Source: a virus
Taxonomy: Duplodnaviria > Caudoviricetes
Direction: 5' to 3' (one strand)
Length of the DNA: 27,654 nt
IMG/VR virus record: IMGVR_UViG_3300014613_000088
Coordinates: 1 to 27,654 of that record
Shown piece by piece: positions 25,488 through 27,654 of the stretch (position 1 is the stretch's first letter; every line of letters begins with the position of its first letter). The translations under genes were made by a program, and so were the position numbers. The notes under the pieces are model-generated. The model saw only the letters and a program-made list of their open reading frames with translations. It did no database searches and was not told where the DNA came from.

Positions 25488-25516
25488 AGTCTATCACGTT
25501 TTCTATAGATTGTCAA
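25488..25516 (-). promoter_or_regulatory. Promoter, leaderless HTH-GIY-YIG transcript
   Basis: TTGACA-17 nt-TAGACT, extended TG, ATG 6 nt downstream. Confidence 0.75.
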
Positions 25517-25532
25517 ATTGGACAGGCGGCAA

Positions 25533-26108
25533 ATGACACCGACAATGTTTTCACAGCGCGACCCGCAGTGGGCGGCAGACCAGTTGGGCACCGGCACCTT
25601 GACCATCGGGCGCGCCGGCTGCCTGCTGACCTGCGTTGCCAGCGTCCTGGCCGATTGCGGGGTCGGCACAGACCCGGGCCGCCTGAACGCCTGGCTGACG
25701 ACCAATCGCGGGTATCTGAATGACGACCTGTTCATCTTTGCGGCAATCGAGCCGCTGGGCGTCAAGTTGACGCGCTGGGACTGCTACGACCGCCCTGCGC
25801 CCGTCGCGAAGCTGCGTGAGAACTTGCTTGCCGGTCGGCACGCGGTCTGCATGGTGGACTTCTCGCCAGGCGGTACGGTGCAACCGCATTGGGTGCGAGT
25901 GTTGGAGGCGCACGATTGGCGGATCATGGATCCCTGGCGATTGCCCGGTAATGAAGCCCGCGACTTGGGCGATTACTACGCAGTCGGTTGGGATGCCGCG
26001 CGAGCGATCCTGGCTGTGGCGACTTATGAACCGAATGTGGCACTGCGTAGTGTGCGGCACGCCGGGTTTGCCGGACCGGCACAAGATTTCGTGTGCATCG
26101 CGCCATGA
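25533..26108 (+). CDS. Peptidase C39-like (papain-fold) protein, possible endolysin
   Basis: SQRDPQW..TIGRAGCLLTCVA (Cys), QPHWV (His), IMDPW (Asp). Confidence 0.8.
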   Translation: MTPTMFSQRDPQWAADQLGTGTLTIGRAGCLLTCVASVLADCGVGTDPGRLNAWLTTNRGYLNDDLFIFAAIEPLGVKLTRWDCYDRPAPVAKLRENLLAGRHAVCMVDFSPGGTVQPHWVRVLEAHDWRIMDPWRLPGNEARDLGDYYAVGWDAARAILAVATYEPNVALRSVRHAGFAGPAQDFVCIAP

Positions 26109-26524
26109 TCGACGAAACCGCGGTCCTGATTGCGTACCTGGGCTCCGTCGGCGGCGTGACGACGCAGGTGTCAACACGGATCTTTGGCCCGCCGGGCCTG
26201 CCGAGCGGATATACGGGTAGTACAAAGGTTCTAGTTGTCTTCTGCGACGGCAGTGGGATGCCGACTGACATTCCATACCAGAACCTGCCGTTCCAGGTGC
26301 GGTGTTACGGGGATACGCCCAGTACCGCGCATGACGTATATGAGGCCGTGCACGATGCGTTACACAACGTGAGCGCCACGAAAGTGACAGTCGGCGCAAC
26401 GCAGGTGGTGCTCGCCAAGGCCATGCGCATCAGCGGTCCGATGTACCTCCAGGAACCGGAGGTAGGGTTCCACTTCTGGTTAGCGCGTTACAGTGTTGTC
26501 ATGGGTGATCGAGTGGTGGCATGA
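26105..26524 (+). CDS. Probable tail terminator protein
   Basis: VSTRIF..LP, FQVRCYG..A..V..AVHDALH pattern; synteny. Confidence 0.65.
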   Translation: MIDETAVLIAYLGSVGGVTTQVSTRIFGPPGLPSGYTGSTKVLVVFCDGSGMPTDIPYQNLPFQVRCYGDTPSTAHDVYEAVHDALHNVSATKVTVGATQVVLAKAMRISGPMYLQEPEVGFHFWLARYSVVMGDRVVA

Positions 26525-26976
26525 CTTGGTTATCATTCGGCCCAGTCGCGCACCACCCAGGCAGCCTACGGGTGGATATCCGCCCGGTAGCCGATGTAGT
26601 GGCCGACATTCGCAACCTGCCATTCGCGGATGAGACATTCGAGGGGGTGGAATGCTGGCATGTGTTGGAGCATTTACTACCTTGGGAGGCCAATGTAGCC
26701 GTACGCGAGATGGCGCGAGTAACTCAACCGGGCGGCATAGTAGAGATCGCGGTCCCAGACTTGAAAGCATGTGCGCGACTGGTCTTGATCGGCAATCCGG
26801 GAGGCGTGAGAATGCTATACAGCGCGCATCCCGAGCCAGCGCAGCGCCATCGTTACGGTTACACGGCAGCTAGTCTGGCTCGCCTGCTATGTGGGCATCT
26901 GGAGCAAGTAGCTTTTGCGTCAAACGAGGGGGATGAATACGCCATTCACATGACCGGCATCCGGAAGGCGGCATGA
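26521..26976 (+). CDS. Class I SAM-dependent methyltransferase (Methyltransf_11-like)
   Basis: ADIRNLPFADETF..HVLEHL..RVTQPGG..VPD. Confidence 0.85.
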   Translation: MTWLSFGPVAHHPGSLRVDIRPVADVVADIRNLPFADETFEGVECWHVLEHLLPWEANVAVREMARVTQPGGIVEIAVPDLKACARLVLIGNPGGVRMLYSAHPEPAQRHRYGYTAASLARLLCGHLEQVAFASNEGDEYAIHMTGIRKAA

Positions 26977-27654
26977 ACGCCAAGCGCGTCCTGTGGCTCT
27001 TGAATCACAACACACTGCGGGAAGCCGAAGTTCCCATGCTGCGGGCATTTGGCCTGGAGGTCTTCATTCCGAAGAGCTTCCCGCGGACTGAGGAAAACAT
27101 GAGCGCCGGCGTGACTTATGCTTACGACGCCAGCCTGACCATTCCGGCGGATCTGCTGCACCGCATGAACGCGTTCGACTTTTACAGGACCTATACCTGG
27201 CCGGCAGATCTGGCAGCCGATCTGAACGCCCATTTCGACGTGGCAATCTGCGCGTGTTTCCCGGCGCTGCTGGATGCGGCGTGTGCGGCATTCGCCGGCC
27301 CGATCTTCATCAGGGCCTTTGGTCGAGAAGGGCTATGGACTTACCGGCACCTACTAGCCGATTGCCAACCGCACGTAAAGGACCGCTTGTGGCGAAAAGA
27401 CAATATTTGGTTCACGGCGGCCTATCCCAATGTTTCAGCCATCGAGCCGGATTGGTTGCAACGGTGCGCGGTAGTCTTGCCGATTGGCCTGGGGGCCGCG
27501 CATTTCGCAGCAGAGGACCAGTGGCATTACACACGCCCAGAGATTCTGTTCGTTTGTCAGCGGATCAAGACGGCGGCCTACTACCGGGAGATCTATCGGG
27601 AGTTCAAGTGGTATTTCGGGGACCTGCCGCACGTGATCGTGGGCGGTCAAGCAG
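26973..27654 (+). CDS. Probable glycosyltransferase (runs off the window; not in ORF track)
   Basis: ATGA overlap; open to edge: MNAKRVLWLLNHNTLREAEVPML...IRAFGREG...LPIGL...ILFVCQRI; resembles GT-B N-termini; catalytic C-terminal part not visible. Confidence 0.6.
   Translation, partial: MNAKRVLWLLNHNTLREAEVPMLRAFGLEVFIPKSFPRTEENMSAGVTYAYDASLTIPADLLHRMNAFDFYRTYTWPADLAADLNAHFDVAICACFPALLDAACAAFAGPIFIRAFGREGLWTYRHLLADCQPHVKDRLWRKDNIWFTAAYPNVSAIEPDWLQRCAVVLPIGLGAAHFAAEDQWHYTRPEILFVCQRIKTAAYYREIYREFKWYFGDLPHVIVGGQA

Noticed and set aside
24482-25530. Group I intron hosting the GIY-YIG
   Set aside because: Cassette is antisense and intergenic, flanking genes are intact, and the spare space encodes an HTH gene and promoter

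Overview
The window is a fragment of a tailed (Caudoviricetes-type) phage or prophage genome with a Mu-like head module. No integrase or host gene is visible, and the host cannot be assigned from sequence alone. Left end (minus strand): terminase large subunit and a truncated DUF935-like portal. Next comes an oppositely oriented ParB-like / C5 DNA methyltransferase / small-terminase-like block. From 4.5 to 14.3 kb is a minus-strand accessory region: RNase HI, ParB-N6/N4 MTase with a PD-(D/E)XK-like partner, LexA-like HTH, SleB-like hydrolase, TnpB and four small ribbon-helix-helix genes. From 14.4 kb a plus-strand late operon runs: ChaB-protease-scaffold, decoration, Mu gpT-like capsid, repeat-containing fibre, holin-like, CHAT-like protease, neck genes, GIY-YIG insertion, C39 peptidase, two SAM methyltransferases and a glycosyltransferase. 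Most notable: (1) a ~550-nt, apparently non-coding, highly base-paired multi-junction RNA candidate at 8546-9095 (+); (2) an intact TnpB plus a second, stand-alone omega-RNA-like copy with a different guide, where precise removal of each insert can restore an interrupted reading frame after a TGAY motif; (3) a 171-nt element closed by a perfect 24-bp inverted repeat; (4) a repeated cassette of promoter, leaderless small DNA-binding gene and overlapping effector; (5) a membrane-anchored caspase-like gene and glycosylation-type genes inside the virion operon. All family calls come from motif recognition by eye, not database searches.
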